63,926 nt of DNA from Vitrella brassicaformis CCMP3155 (GCA_001179505.1 CDMY01000123.1:62075-126000), one strand, 5' to 3'; positions 1 through 14,751 are shown, numbered from the stretch's first letter. A program made the numbers and translations. Notes: generated by a model not told the origin, from the letters alone.

Positions 1-685
1 GGTGGCGTGTGTGTTTTGGTGTTCGACACAGACGCACCTCTTTGGGTGTGGGTGGTGTGGAAAGGGATGGTGTCGCTGCAGCACATGGGCAGACACGCGC
101 ACAGGGGGGGGAACAGGCACATGAACAGGAAGAGGCCCACGGAAGGGCGGCTGTTGCTGCTGGGGGTGTGGATGTTGCTGAGGAGGCATCTTGGGCGATG
201 GCAGATGGGCGGGATGGGCCACGACAGAAGGCGGCTTGACGAGGGGCGCCTTCATGACCACAGGAGGCCGCTGATGGATCACCACACGTGTGTGAGGCGG
301 GTGTGGGTGTGATGGCGGAGGGGGCGACAGCGACCGCACCACCGGCACCGTCACGGGGGATGGAGATCTTGCTCTGGGTGGCGGGGGGGAGAGGCTTCTC
401 ACCACGCCCACACCCACACGAGTCACACCAGCACCAGCAGCACCCTTGACACGGGGCGGCTCCTTCCTCGGCGACATTGCGCAGCACACCGACGCTCCCT
501 GTGGTTTCTTGTGCTTGGCAGCTGGAGGCGATTTGGGTGAGGGTGGGCAACAGGTGAAGCAGCGCGGCTCGAGTGACTGGCCTCTGCGGAGGGACAGGTG
601 TGGGGGCGGCGAGCGGATGTGTGTGATGATGCGGGGCATGGAGGTGGTGGGGCGGAGGGGGGGCGAGTAGATGATCCGCGCGCCG

Positions 686-730
<45 letters not shown>

Positions 731-3700
731 TGCATAGCGGTTGTGGGTCGGTTGTGTGTCAACTGTACGTGTCATGTGACTCGAGTTGGTCGACTTGTCG
801 TGCCATCTCGACCGTCTCGTTGTGCAGCTGCTGCATGTCGGTGTTGATCTGACGCAGACGGGCCAACGCCTCAATCAGCAACGCACGCTCGGGCTCCAGC
901 GTCTTCACCTGAACAACAAGGCTTGGCATCTCGCTCTCTGTCTTAGTGTGTGTGTGTGTCTTCACTCACCTGTTCCTCCAGCCCGTCTTTCTCCTCCTTG
1001 ATTTTGGCCATTTCCTCCATCAGCTTGGCGACCTTTTCCTCCAACTCGGCCTTCTCACTTTGCAGCGCCTCCATCTCATCACCAAACTCGCTCACAGCTG
1101 CACACATCAACACACACACACAGGGAGAGAGGTATATACATATATATATACGTGGGTGTGGGTGGCGTGTGTGTATGCAATGCTTGCCTGGTTCGCCTTC
1201 CTTTGGAGGGGCCTTTTTGGTCTTGGGGGTCTTCTGCTGCTTCTTGGTGAGCTTGTCCATCTCCTCCTTGATGCGGCTGTTCTCAACCTGCAGATCCTTC
1301 ACCTGCACGCAGCACGCATGACAATCGACCGCTGTTCTCTCTCTCTCTCCTTATTTTGTTGTGTGTAGGAGAGTGCCTGTGTGTGGTATTTGTTCTTTTC
1401 GCGTCTCAGGTTGGCGATTTCCATGGCGGCGGCGGCCGACCGCTCACGCTGCTTCTTGTCGTCTACCGGGGGCTTCTCCGCCTGAACCAACCATTGACCC
1501 AACGAATCAAACACAGATATATGCACGATAGAGACACAATGCGCCATGCTGCCCGAGGAAGTCAAACCTTCTTTTCAGGTTTGACTTCCTGTGTCTCCTC
1601 CTCCTTCTTTTTCTTCTCCTCCACTGCTGACTTCCACGTCAGACGGGACGGCCTACACACAACACAGACACACAGACACACAGAAACATCGAAATGAGTC
1701 TCTCTTTCTCTGTGGAGACCAGCCATTGTCTGACCTGGCCTTTGCCTTGGCTGCCCTCTTCTCCTGAGCTGCGAACCGAGTGGCCAGCACTTTCTCCTTC
1801 TCATCAGGTTTCTCCTTCTCTGGCAATACAGCAGCAGCGGCAGCTGCTGCTGCTGCTGCTGCTGGTGCCGGCTCCTGCTGTGTTGCTGGCTCTTTTGGCT
1901 CCTCCTGCAGTACCACGTAATGCATGGAGGCGGTGTGTGAGTGTGTGGGTGGAAGGGGGGGAGGGTGACTGACCTTTTTCTCCCCCTCTGCTGGTTCTTT
2001 CTCTTCCTCCTTGATCATGTGCTGTCCGAACTGCGCTATCATGAAGGGCGCGCCCTCCTCGCCCGAAGCGTCACTCGTAAATGACGCTGCACCACACACA
2101 CGCACACGCAGAGAATGAATGAATAAATGAATGAGTGGATAGGAAAGACACCTCTTCCTGCGCGCAGTTCGCTGCCGAGTGATCTGTATCTGTCGCCGCC
2201 GCCGCCGCCCCGGCTGTTGGCCCGCCGACCGGTGGCGGCCTTCTTGCTGGCCGGGCTGGCGTCCTCCTCCTCGCCAACTGCGTGCAGGCCATGACCTGTT
2301 TATTGGGTTTGGGCAGGACAGAGAGAGACACACAGAAAGGGACAATGGAAGGAAGAGGGACCATATGCGTGCATTCTATTGAGGACTGACTGACCTAGTC
2401 CAGCGAGAGTGGTGTGTTTGCCCGAGATGATGGACGAGGTGGATCCCATCTCGCTGCGCTTCAGCAGCTTTTTCTGGCTGTCCAATATCGCCTTCAACTC
2501 ACCCTGCATACCAACATGACACACATGGCCTGGCCATGTCTCTCCCTCTCTCTGTCTGTGTGTCTGTGTGTGTGTGATGGGTATGGAGATCAATACGTTT
2601 TCGCTTTCGAGCAGTGAAGATTTTTCTTTGAGTACGGCGTTGTCCCTCTCCAGCTCCTGCAGACTCTCCTGCATCAACGCCAGACGCTGGCTCCTGGAGA
2701 CACATACACACAAATGGATGGATGTCTGTGTGTGTCTTGGTTGTGTCGGGTGTGTGAGCACATTTTCTCAAAGTCTTCGTTTGTTCGGGGTGATTTCGGT
2801 GCTCGGGCGCTGAGAGGCACCTCTCCCTCGCCCTCCTCCTTCGCCTGCACACGAAGCCAAAGGGTGGCATGCAATGCAGCCGCGTGTGTGTGGTAGACAG
2901 ATAGTGGTGAGAGTGCGTGTGTGCGTGCCTGTGACTCCTGCAGGAACTTGATCTCTGCGTGGGCATCCATCAGCTTCATCTGTAGACACCACACGCAGAC
3001 ACACACACACACACGTATGCACCTGTAAACAGACAGGCGAGAGGCGAGGGGACGAGCATACAGACAGACAGACCTTCAGACTGGCGAGGTCCTTGTGGAC
3101 CTCCTCCGAGGCACGCGCCAATGTCACCTTCTCGCGACGGGCCGCACCCAGCTCCTATACACACACACATGACATACACACACGAGTACACGCACACAGT
3201 GCAGAGGCTAGGCATATATCTGACTGTACGTACGTCTCTGGCGTTGTCGAGTTCCTCGATGAGCTCAGAAGCGCGTTCAGCGGCGTCACGGTACTGAGCA
3301 GCCTCCTCCTCAGCCTGTACCAACCAATACACACAGACAGACAGACAGACAGGCAGACACGTGGCAGACGGCTGTCAGCGTCTGTTTACTGACTGACTTC
3401 TTGGAGTTGTTCTCTGAGGTCTTGAATCTCCTGAACCATCTCGTCCCACTCCTCCTCAAACGCAGCGGGCTGACATGCATACAACCAAGCAACGCACAAA
3501 GAGAGACACACACATCACACACAGAGAGAGCGCCTCAGGGTGGTTGTTATAGAGAAAGGTTTGTTTTGGTACCGGCATGCCCTGCCGGCCGATGCGTGCG
3601 GCGGTGATGGATGCCATGCTGTCGGCGCGGGTCATCGTCAGCTTCTTCTTCAACGACTCGATCTCCTCATCCTGCACAACACACACACACACACACATAC

Positions 3701-4935
3701 TTATACGTCGTGTCTCTCTCTCTCTGTCGGACTCTGTGGTTTAGACACGTGCCTTTCTCTCGAGTTCGCTTTCGAGGTCGGCCACGACGTCCTCCAAGAA
3801 GGACACCTGGCCAGGCCACCCACCCATCGGCCGACCGATACACAAAATGTGGAAGTGGGCATACCATGCCCAGCCCACTCAGGTACCTGATGTTTGAGAG
3901 TTGGTACGGAGTAGCCCATGTCATCGTCGGCCGCGTGCTTCGGACGGTTGTCGAAATGATGAGTGCCTGGCCACATACCATCCATCCATCCATCCACCAA
4001 GCTACGTACGTACCTTGTTTGGTGATGCCGGTTGCAATGTCGGCTTCAAACTCCCCCGGACCGATGCTGGCCGCACCTTGACGGGGGGCAATGCCGCGCT
4101 CCACCACACGCTGGTCGCCACCCGCACCCCCTGCTGCCGCCGCTGCTGCATATCATACACACACGGAGACAGAAAGGGAAAGAGGACGCACCGCTACGCT
4201 ACAATCAGAGAGAGGGAGAGGGAGGGAGAGAGACGCGTATGTACCTTCTTGAGCTTCCGCTTCTTGTTCCACAGGCACATATGCGGCGGGTTCGGTGCGG
4301 CTTCGCTGCGTCTCATACACTCGGGCAGCCTCGCCCTCTCCCTGGGCTGCCTCCCCTGCTTCAAGCAACATGGCCTGTCCGGCCTCCTTGTGGGTGACGG
4401 CCATGGGTGTGTCGATGGAGATGGTCCGGGGCACTCCTGCTGCTGCCCCAGCCTGCATACACACCAGGCCTGTGCTGGGATGGATGTATGTATTTGGGTA
4501 CGTGGCAGGCATGTAAGTTGACCGATTCTACGAGTCTTGGCATCATGAATGGCTGCCCCACCGAGAACCGGCGTGCGGCGCTCTTGTCCAGCCCCGCACG
4601 CACCGCCACGACGGCAGGCTGACTAACCGCCCCCACGCCCGTCAGCGCCTGAAGTGATGGATACACACAGACAACACAAACACACACCAAGGGAAGGGAA
4701 TGAACGGAAGGACACAGAGAGAGAGGAGAGGGCATCGCCATCCGCCCCAACACGCCAGCTCCACTCCACTTACCCCCAGCGGCACGGGAAGGTCTGCCCC
4801 GAGCGACTTCCTCCTCAGCGTGCGAATGTAGCTGTCGGCCACGGTCGACTTCTTCTTGACGGCCGCAGCGGCGGCCTCGTCCCTCTTGCCGTCATCTCCC
4901 CCGGTCTCGCTCCCTGAACCGCTCGACGCGCTCAT
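1..4935 (-). CDS. Large multi-exon coiled-coil protein of unknown function, 3' end beyond window
   Basis: ATG at 4935 (MSASSGSGSETGG). Successive GT/GC-AG exons encode heptad-like acidic/basic segments (QDEEIESLKKKL, AEEEAAQYRDAAERASELIEELDNARD, LALMQESLQELERDNAVLKEK) and a Pro/His-rich C-terminal region. A GT donor at 36-37 shows the gene continues off the left edge. Confidence 0.75.
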
Positions 4936-5074
4936 GACTCCTCAGATATGAGGGGCAAGGAGAGAGGGCGAGAGAGTGAGCTTTCTGTTGGGGGGATGGC
5001 CAATTGTGTGTATTGGCAAGCCCCTCGACGCTGAGGGGAAGGAACTGAGGGAAAGGCGGGGCAATCGATCTGTT

Positions 5075-5082
5075 TGCGAGCT
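5075..5082. promoter_or_regulatory. Candidate promoter motif TGCGAGCT
   Basis: 140 bp upstream of the ATG at 4935. The same 8-mer occurs in five other upstream regions. Confidence 0.4.
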
Positions 5083-5220
5083 AAGATTGGGGACAAGGTG
5101 ACGGCCTGACGTACACACAATCCCTCCCCACATTAATTACTGTCTGTATCATGTACGTACGCTATGCACATCAAAAGCATGCAGCATGGCAGGCCCTGGG
5201 CACTCTATGGCTAGATCAGG

Positions 5221-6028
5221 TCAGGTCGCGGCCAGCACGTCGCCCCAATACCTGCAGGCAATGAAAGAAGGGAGGCAAGGATGGACGTGTTTAGTTGTGT
5301 ATGCTGTGCGTTTGTGTGCGGTGCGTCCCGTACCGTACCTGTCAGCGAGAGCCTCATCTTCGTCCCAGAGCAGAAACCCCGGCCGGCCGTCACAGTCGTC
5401 AAACTCATCCTCTTCCTCCTCGTCGGCAAGATGACCACCGCCTGTGTACCATACCAGGCACACCACGCGTTGGTTGACAGGACAGCACCCACAAAGAGAC
5501 AGATGGATGGACAAACACACACGTGGACAGATCGGATGAACGAATGGATGAACAGAATTATATTACCTACCGTCTCTGTTGCCGTCGCGTGCTCTCCGGG
5601 CGATCTCCGAGGCCAATATCTCACTGATACACACACACACACACACACACGCGGATACACAGAGGGATCCACAAACTGACACAACACGTGTGTGTGCATC
5701 ATGCATGATGTGTGGGCGGACGGTACCCCTGCTCCTCCCTGCGGACGATCTGGCACCACTCCTACACACAAACGTTAGTCACACGGCATGACATTCATTG
5801 CCTCGTGTATACATATTGGATGGATGGATGTGTGTGGTGTGTGCAAACGTAACGGACGTACGATGTTGTGGACTTGGTACTTGAGCTCTTTAACCTTGTC
5901 GGCCAGCTGCGGATCGAACTCAACTATGATAGACAAACTGTCGCTCGCCTGTTGACGACAGACAGCACACACAAACAGAGACAACACACACACACAGAGA
6001 ACACACAGATGGATGGGTGATGGGTGGG

Positions 6029-6061
<33 letters not shown>

Positions 6062-9000
6062 TGTGCCTGTTTGCGTATGGCGAGGTTGGAGTCTCTGAGT
6101 AGGTCCAGCAGGAACTGAGATATCTCGCTCTCGCGCATCACACGATCCCTGCCAGCCATACATGAATGGTCCACACAATCAGCCAGACAGATGCACGGTC
6201 CACGGCCCCGTCGGAGTGTGTGGTGTGCCTGGTTTGGTCGTGCATGAGGAAGCAATGGAACAGATACAGCAGCTGCAGCACTATCTCATCGTCCTCCTGA
6301 CACACACACACACACACACACACACGTGTGCATTGTCTTTTCTCCCTCTGCGTGCGCGTGGATGGATCGAGGTGCATACCTACCTGTTTGGCCGTCAGGA
6401 GCTCCTGGAAGAGTGTGAGGAATCTCGGTGAGGCCAGGTGCACCATGGCCTCGCTGTCGTTGGCAGCTATGGTGCCGCATAACATCACACACCTGCAGAC
6501 ACTCATTCATGCCATGGATGGACGCAATGCACACACACACTCACACACATGGATGTGTGTGTGTGCGCGTGTGACTGTACTCGAGTACGATGTCGTCTAT
6601 GGCTTCGTTGATGGCACCGGTGAGCGGCGAGAAGGCAAACGTCATCCCACAGCCTTCAGACAACAACCTAGTAGGTGGCACACACATGGGATGGGAGAAA
6701 GGGGAGGGGCAGACAGAAACCCGAATTGGTCTTTACTTGTGAATGAGGTCAATGAGTCCCTCTAAGTCGAGCCAGCGGATCTCCGCCACACTCATGCTCG
6801 ACAGCGTGCCCAACAATTCTACCTAATGACACACACACAAGGATGTGTGTTTGGGGGGGAGAGCGCTTGGGTGTTTGTGCGTACCAGCAGTTCCGGCGCG
6901 TCTAGAGATGTCTGTGCGAGGCGGGCAAACTCCTTCAGCCAATGGGACATCCTGCACACACGCACACATAAACACACCACACAGTCATGGCGAGGGTGTA
7001 TGTCTCGACCCGACCGTATGGACGACTTGTTGAGGTGCTCGTAGAGCTTTGGTCGCGACACATCATGCCGAGCCACGTTGCGCACAACCTACACACACAC
7101 ACAGGTACCATACCCACGCGTGAGAAGAGCCTCGGTGTGTGTGTGGCGCGGGGAGAAGTAAGTAAGTGTCTGCGGACCTTGCACAGCAACGCGTCACGCG
7201 TCTTCATCACGCGATCCACCACCTACCATTCCATTCCGCGGTGGCACATGACATCCCCATGCGTGTGGTTGCATACTTTGTCCATGAGTTTTGTGTCGCA
7301 CATAATCTCCGCTGCTCGGGGGTGCGTCGACAGATTCACTGCCACCGACACCAAATCCCTGCAGGCAGGCCATGGCATCATACGCACACAATACACGGAT
7401 GGATCCCGTCCGATGATGGAGGGGAGGTGTGTGTGGGTGTGTGTGCCTGTCAGCTGTGCTGACCTGCCGACTTTTTGCTCTGGGAAGTGGATGACCAGCT
7501 GCAGCAACATCGGGATCTGACCAATATGCACACAGCCGCACCGCACACAGACACACAGACACACAGACACACAGCAGATGGAATGGATGCACACAACACA
7601 TGGGGGGATGTATCTGATGGATGTGTGCTCATCGTATGTATCGTCTTGCTAACTTACGGCGTCGTTGTGGTAAGTGAGCAGCGATTTGCACCGGTCGTCC
7701 TGCGTCAGCTGAGACAACACACGCAGCGACACCTATGCGCCGGCCATACACACAGACACACAAACATACAGATAGAGAATCACACAGCACAGAGAGGGGA
7801 TCTGATCTATTGTGCATGTGGGTACTCACTTGTCTGTATCGTGGTTCCTTGAGCAGGTCGGTGAGTATCTTCAACACACTACCACGACCACTAGCCGTCC
7901 CCTCAACTGCACATCACATCCACACACCACACCCATCACACACAACAACCGCACTTAGCCCACGAATCCTCTTCATGTGTGTGTGTGTACTTGTCTGTCT
8001 GTCAGTCCCTCACCGAGTTCCACGCGCACATCGGGGTCGAATGCCAGGTTGTAGAGCAGCCGACACGCCAGCAGCAGCACAAAGGGGGAGGTCTGTGTGC
8101 CTCCCCCAACACACGACACCAGCCGCAGCAGCTTCGGCAACACACCTGCACAGCACACGCACACACACACAGATGAAGTGAAGAAGGGCGGGCGACTGAC
8201 TGCCTTACCAGCTCGGCGCATTTCGTCTTTGTTCTCGCCGATGATGGCCATCTTCTTCAAATACGTCTGAATGCATGGCAAGCATCAAGACACATACACA
8301 CATAACATACATAGACATAGGGTGCGTCTGTCTGCGTACCCTACCAGGGCGACCATGGTGAGCTCCACATGCGTCCACGGCGATCGGTCCAGCACGGGCA
8401 CCAGACAGCGTATGAGGGAGTGGTGTGCCACCAGCTGCCTCTCCACACCGATGTCCTCACTGAGGTGCAGGAGGGTCAGGATGGCGGAGTACACCAAACG
8501 GGACTGCCGCCGCTGCACACGGCTGAACCGACGCTCTTCCAATTCCAGCTGCCCACCGGACACACAGGACACACACAAATCGGAGAGGGATGAGAGAGAG
8601 GGTGGGGGGCATACCATAGCATATGGGTTTATGGCATGCCATGCGTCCCGTACCATACCTACCGCCTTTTGTTTGTCATCGTCTGTCATGTCCTTGGTGG
8701 TGTCGACGATTCCCTGACGCTTCTGGCGCAACTCCTGGATTGGATGGACACATCGATCACATACAATACATATGCACACACACATAAATAAACAAGCTGC
8801 AGGCAGGCAGGCAGGTGGACATGATGGGCGCGGCGTGTGTGTGCGTGGTCGACTCGACTCAACGGATGTGTGAGTGGGTCGGATCAGTCCAGTCAGTCAG
8901 TGTGTCCCTACCGTACCCTACCTGCAGCCGCACCAGCCACCGCTTGTTCTCGTACTCGAGCAGACGCACTGTCGACTCGGCCACCTACACACACAGATCC

Positions 9001-10201
9001 CATCCACACACACAATGAATGGGTTCGTCCCGTCCCGTCCATACGCACACACAGCGATGCAGGCAGGCATGTCTATACCCTACCGTACCTGGTGTGCGTT
9101 GAGGAGCGCATGGAGGTCGGTGAAGTGGCTCATGACTAGGAAGATGCCCACCACACACATGGCCAGGTCGGGGGACTTCCGCCCCTCGTCCCGCAGCACC
9201 CGCGACAGCACACCAACGATGCTCTCGTGCTCTACCAGATGCACCAACGAGGACGGCGACGCACACAGCGACAGCAACGCACGAGCACCCTACACACCAC
9301 ACACATCGACCACACACACATACACACGTGGGTGGCTGGGTGTGTGAGGAGGGAGGGAGGCTTACGGCGACTTTTTCTTCCATGGCTTCGTCGTAAAGCT
9401 TTTCGAGGTAGTCGTCCAGCATCCCCACGTCAGCCAGCGGCAGCTGCAGCAACTCCCCACACTCCCCACCACCCCTACCACCACCGCCATAAGCGTCACC
9501 GCGCTGACCCATGTCAGTCATGAATGGCACGGCACACACATGTCAGTCAGTCAGCGTCAAAGAACGTGTGTGTGGGTGTCCGTCTATGGACACAGGCACC
9601 TGTCTAGAGGAGGGTCCGGCGGCTGCAGCTGGCTGTGGCTGCGATGCGGGTGGTATTGGCGGTGCGATGAGTTGTGTGAGTAGGTCCTCGACCTCAGTGG
9701 TGCGTGAGGGGTGGATGATCTTGGACCTCTCCACAATCTCACGCGCCACGACCGGCACGTTGTCCCGGTGCAAATCAGACACATCCACCTGGATTGATTC
9801 ATTTGATTGAATGCACACAACAAACACAATGCAATGCACCCACGTCACGCCTGTGTGTGTACGTGCGTGTGTGTGGATGATGTGTGGGCTGAAGAGCATA
9901 CCTACCTACCTTGATCTTTCTCTGCCCCGGTATGCTCTCACTGCGGGTCACCTCTCCAGAAGCATCACAATACAGCGTTTCTGATGAATGATTCAATGAA
10001 TGGAACAGATGAGATGACGCTCACACAATCATGTCTGTCTGTGCGTCTATGTATGTGTGTCTGTGTATGTGTGTGTGTGTACCTACCGGTGACGTAGTGG
10101 ACGAGTATGGCGTTTTCTTGGGCATCCAATTCGATGTGCCCCGGCCGCACCTTCCGACGAGTGCCGGCCGACGGGCTGTTGGCGCTGGCAGGGGAGGACA
10201 T
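5221..10201 (-). CDS. KIFAP3: Kinesin-associated protein (KAP3/FLA3), non-motor armadillo-repeat subunit of kinesin-2
   Basis: Spliced exons give KVRPGHIELDAQENAILVHY, LDDYLEKLYDE, TYLKKMAIIGENKDEM, RLLYNLAFD, LLTAKQEDDEIVLQLLYLFHCFLMH and FLLDLLRDSN, which match KAP family motifs. The last exon reads ..ALADRYWGDVLAAT-TGA (5221-5223). Confidence 0.9.
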
Positions 10202-10659
10202 CTACCTCATTGTCACGCAGGCGGATCCGCTTTTTTGGCGCGATCAAAGGACTGTAAACAGGCCACCTGCCTGTTTTCATGACTGCGTTGCATTCATCCC
10301 ACAGTCATGCCGAATGACAGTCAAAAATCTCTACAAGGCATGCCATGCCGCGAATGAATGCAATCCATCCACCCATCCATCCACCCAACCAACCAACCAA
10401 CCAACCACTGCACTGGCTCGTCAGCCACGCAACAACACCGACCATCTATCTGTCCGAAAGAATGTCAAAAGGAGGCCTTCCTTCGTTTCTTTCTAAGTGT
10501 GTCGGCAGACAGTGAGGTGATCTGCACATCAAGTGCAAGTGACAAACACGAATGGAGGGAAGGGGAAAGAAAGGAAGACCGACGGACGATTGCACACAGG
10601 AAAGACAGACATTCAGACAGGCAGGAGAAGGACACGTAGACAGGCAGGGAGTCCGCAAG

Positions 10660-13245
10660 TCAGTGTGTCCCGAGGTTTCCTGTAAGCACAGGGTGTGACA
10701 CACCAGTGCGTTGATAGTCGACTCGCTCATTGCAGTCACACACACACAGGTTACTCCTGGTGTCTGTCGTGTCGATAACCGACCCACCTGTAGGATCGTG
10801 CCATCTGGGTCCCCTCTCGCCGTAGATGGCCTCCCAACTTATGTCCGTCGGCAATCCCTGCACCTGACACCACACATCGAATATTGCCCCCACCCCACCC
10901 CACACACACATTGTGTATGTGTTTATGCTAAGTGTGCTTACTCGTCGTTTTTCCTCCTTCCAGAGGTCCTTGTGTGAGATCTCGCTGGGGTGGTACCCGT
11001 GGCCCTTTCGCCAGCTGTTGGTCAGCGGCTGTATACCTTGACCTGCATTGCATTGCAACCCAATGCAATTGCTTGCTTCTTGTGGTGTATTGTGTGTCAT
11101 TTATCTATCTCTCTAGCAACGTACCGACTCCGAGGTAGCTCCATCCGTCTGGCAGTGAGGCGTCGACGGCCTCCCACTTCTTCTCCTCATCGGCAGACAT
11201 AATCTGGTCCAATCGCTCCCTGATGGGATGGATGTAATATATACACACATAAATGACAGACAGACAGATAGAGACACCAAAGCATCCATCCCATCCATGG
11301 GGTCTCTCTCTCTCTCTTGGTGTCTGTGCGCCTCACTGACTGTTTGGTTTGTGGGAATCCCCCGAGCTTCACGTGGTCCTCACTCCACCTGCATTGCATT
11401 GCATGGGGCCATCCATGTGTGCTGTGCCAAGATGTGATGTGCGTGTGTATGTCTGTCTGTCTGACGTGACGAAGGTAACGTACCCTTGTGCTCTGAGCTG
11501 TTTGTATTTGTTGGAGTACTCCCGCATGAAGTCGACAGCCGCAATCCGCCCCTGGGCGTTGTAGAAGCTGGAGGAGAGCCAGTAGGACCATCCTGTGGAC
11601 GCCACAGTGGAGAAGACCGTTCGGTACTGGTACGGCAGCACCAGCCAGTTGAACAAATTGCACACGCCCCAGTAGCTGCGTTGTCAGTGCAGTGCACAAC
11701 ACACAGGCAAGGATGCACACACTCCACTGACGGATGGGTGGATGTGTGTGGTTGGTAGGTTGTTTACAAGAATGAGGCCTGCCATATGTGGTAGAGGTAG
11801 TTCTTGATGCGCTCCTCAGTGGCGATGTACCACTGATGGAATGGACAGACACATCACATAGATACACACACACCACACCACACCACACAGAAAGAAAGAC
11901 AGGCAGATGGGCGCATCGCATACACACATCCTTACACACACACATTGGTGTGTGGTGTGTGCCTGTGAGGTGAGTGAGTGAGATGCGTGTGGCCCTTCCC
12001 TCCTTCCTTCCTCACCTTGACAGTGTCGAAGCTCTGGAAGTTGTTGTCCCAGTACTGTGTGGCGGCCTCGACATAAGCTATGAAGAGGGCGTTGGCGGGC
12101 GGCGCTGCGCAAACCGTCGTGATGCACACCTTCTTCAACGCCTGCATCGCATCGCAGCCATGCATTCCACACACACGAATGCAATGGGGGTGGCTGGGAG
12201 GGTATGGTATACCCTGACTGACCTCTTTGACTCCCTTTTGTGGCATCAAGTAGTCGGCCAGGCGAAACCAAAAGCTCCAGATCGGCGCGAAACCAATCGC
12301 ACTGCAGCCAGCCATTGATTTATCACATTATTGTATGTGTGTAGGTATGTGTGTGTGTGATTTGTTTCCTCACTTCCATGAGGTGAGGATGGCGCTTCTC
12401 TTGACGCTGAGCTTGAACTCACCAGGACACTCATAACGCTCAGGCGCCCTTTACACACATGAACCACCAACAGCATACACGCCAGCCAGCCAGCCACGTG
12501 TGTGTGCGCACGCTTAGGACTCACTGACTCACTCGAAGCTCATTTCGCCGGCCTTTTCCTTGTCAGCGAAAAACAGCCTGTTTGGATTGCTGGGCGAAAA
12601 GGAACCCTCCTTGATCTCAGCCTGACGCAACTCCTGCAGGCATAAACACAGACACGCACAGACAGACAGCCAGGCCAGGCACATTAATTAGATGTGGGTG
12701 GTCTGGTCTCTCTATCTCTCACACACACACGCCGATTGGGGCGATGGCTGACCTGCCTTCTGTAGGCCCTCCACTTGCTCTCGTGCTGCGCCTGCTGGGC
12801 AGCATAGTCCCCCACATACATTACCACACCTGACGTCGCCTGAGTGATTGACAGATCACACGCACACGCACACACACACAATGACCAGGCTCTGTCTTGT
12901 TTGTTCATGTGTTTCGTTCCCTCAAGAGGCACCCACCCACCCACCCACCCACCATGTTAGTGAGGACTGGGTGCCTCTTGAGCAAACTGCACACATCGCA
13001 CACAGGCAAAATACAGACAGACAGACAGACAGGCAGGCGGGCAGGCAGATCCACAGGCACCCTCATAGACTCACACGAGCTGGGCACATCACATCGTACC
13101 TGTTGTATCCGCCCAGCACATATGCAAAAGGCCTGGCAATTGCCTGCAGCGTCTTGTTGCGTTGGATCCCCACCACAGCACGCTGGTACGCCACTCCCGC
13201 ACTCCAGAGAACTGTGCGGAGACCCGCAATGGCTGGATCTGTCAT
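10660..13245 (-). CDS. Mpv17/PMP22 family membrane protein with C-terminal extension
   Basis: Reconstructed YNSLLKRHPVLTNMATSGVVMYVGDYAAQ, ALKKVCITTVCAAPPANALFIAY and YWGVCNLFNWLVLPYQYRTVFSTVASTGWSYWLS, typical Mpv17/PMP22 motifs. ATG at 13245, TGA at 10660-10662. Confidence 0.8.
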
Positions 13246-13293
13246 CTCGGCTCGACAAAAGATGAGGACAATTCTAGCGAGCTTTTTCCTTGC

Positions 13294-13301
13294 TGCGAGC
13301 T
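13294..13301. promoter_or_regulatory. Candidate promoter motif TGCGAGCT in 84-bp bidirectional spacer
   Basis: Between the divergent ATGs at 13245 (-) and 13330 (+). A near copy, AGCGAGCT, lies at about 13276. Confidence 0.45.
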
Positions 13302-13329
13302 TTCTGCCTGGAGGGAAAAGGAGACCCGC

Positions 13330-14751
13330 ATGGCGTCCCGTCGTGTCCCTGAGCCTGACGAGCGTCAGTGCCAGGATTTGGTGAATAGAGCGAAAAACAA
13401 TGGAACTCATGTGAGCGTAGCCGAGGTCAAGGAGATGTGGCAGGTATGCACTCCCGCCCACCAGAAGGCTGGGAGGGAGAGAGGCTGGTAGGGTGGTGTG
13501 GTTGTCATGTCATGTTGATGTGGCTTTTTGCGTGTCAGGCGTACAACATCCTCGACGAAAGCGGCGACGGGTGAGTGAGAGAGGGGCCAAGGGTGGGCGG
13601 GCGGGCGGATGGATGGAGTCATTCATTCTCTCATGGACAGAGGGAAGACCTAAGGCCATGCAAGCATGAAAGAAGGCTGAATGTATGTGTGTGGGTGTCT
13701 GTGTGGATGTGACGTACGTGTTGTGTGCAGGCAGGTGAACCTTCGTGAGTTGCGGGCGGCCATCGTATCGCTTGGGCTGAGTGTTGATAGCGCCGCACTC
13801 ACCAAGATCATGCAGGTACGCACCGCACGCCAGAGAGGGGCGGGAGGACGGGCAGAGGACCAGAGGGCACGCGACACGCATACATCCACCCTGTGCTGCC
13901 TGCGTGTTGTGTTGATGCTCGCATGCATGCATGCATCGGGTGGTGCAGGGTGTGGGCGGCGATGACGCGCAGCTGAGTTTCAACGAGTTCTTCGATAAGG
14001 TGTGTTTGCCCTTTGACTATCACGAGCAACACAACATCGGGTCCTTCTTTCTTTGTTTAGATGACGGCCACGGCCAAGGAGCACGAGAAACTCGAGGAGA
14101 TCATGAAGGCAAGAACGAATCAATGACCACACACCACACCGCACAGGCACTCACACAGACACACACACACACACTTGATGGATAGATGGATGGATACCTC
14201 TGTAGGTGAGGCGTGCACTCCACGTGTGTGGGTGTGTGTGTATGTGCGGTCAGATCTTCATGTTGTTCGACGAGGACCGCACGGGCACCATCAGCGTTGC
14301 CAACATTGAGAAGGTCGCCCTCCAACTGGGAGAGAAACTCGACAAGAGCCAACTAGAGGTGGGTGGGGGCCGGTATGTATGAGTGTATGTATGTGTTGAT
14401 GTTATGCCCCACTGATGGATGCCCCACTTGCTGTCCGTGTGTGTGCTGTGTCGTGTTGTATTGTATAGGACATGGTGAAGCTGATTGACAGTGACGGCGA
14501 CGGAGAGATCAGCCCCGAGGACTTCTATCTCGTGCTCACTAGGGGTCAGCGGCCACACACACACACACAGACACATCACACCTGAATCCATCCATCCATC
14601 CATCAAGGCATCCATCAAGGCATCCATCCATCCATCCAGAGAGAGAGAAACTTTCATCCAGATCCATGGCTGGCTGGCTGTGTGTTTGGTTTGAATGCCT
14701 GCAGGCGCGGAGGCCAAACGCAGGAAACAGCAGCAGCAGCGCCAGGGATAG
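13330..14751 (+). CDS. Centrin/calmodulin-like EF-hand protein
   Basis: Exons encode EF-hands AYNILDESGDGQVNLRELRAAI, IFMLFDEDRTGTISVANIEKV and LIDSDGDGEISPEDFYLVL. The last exon reads GAEAKRRKQQQQRQG-TAG. One intron has a GC donor at 14109. Confidence 0.85.

Noticed and set aside
10234-10241. E2F-like TTTGGCGC upstream of KAP (and GCGCGGGAA near 61568 upstream of POLD1)
   Set aside because: These are single short GC-rich motifs, similar strings occur in coding sequence, and they cannot be distinguished from chance here.
13918-13937. TGCATGCA repeats resembling a known ApiAP2 site
   Set aside because: They are intronic and part of a (GCAT)n microsatellite common throughout the window.
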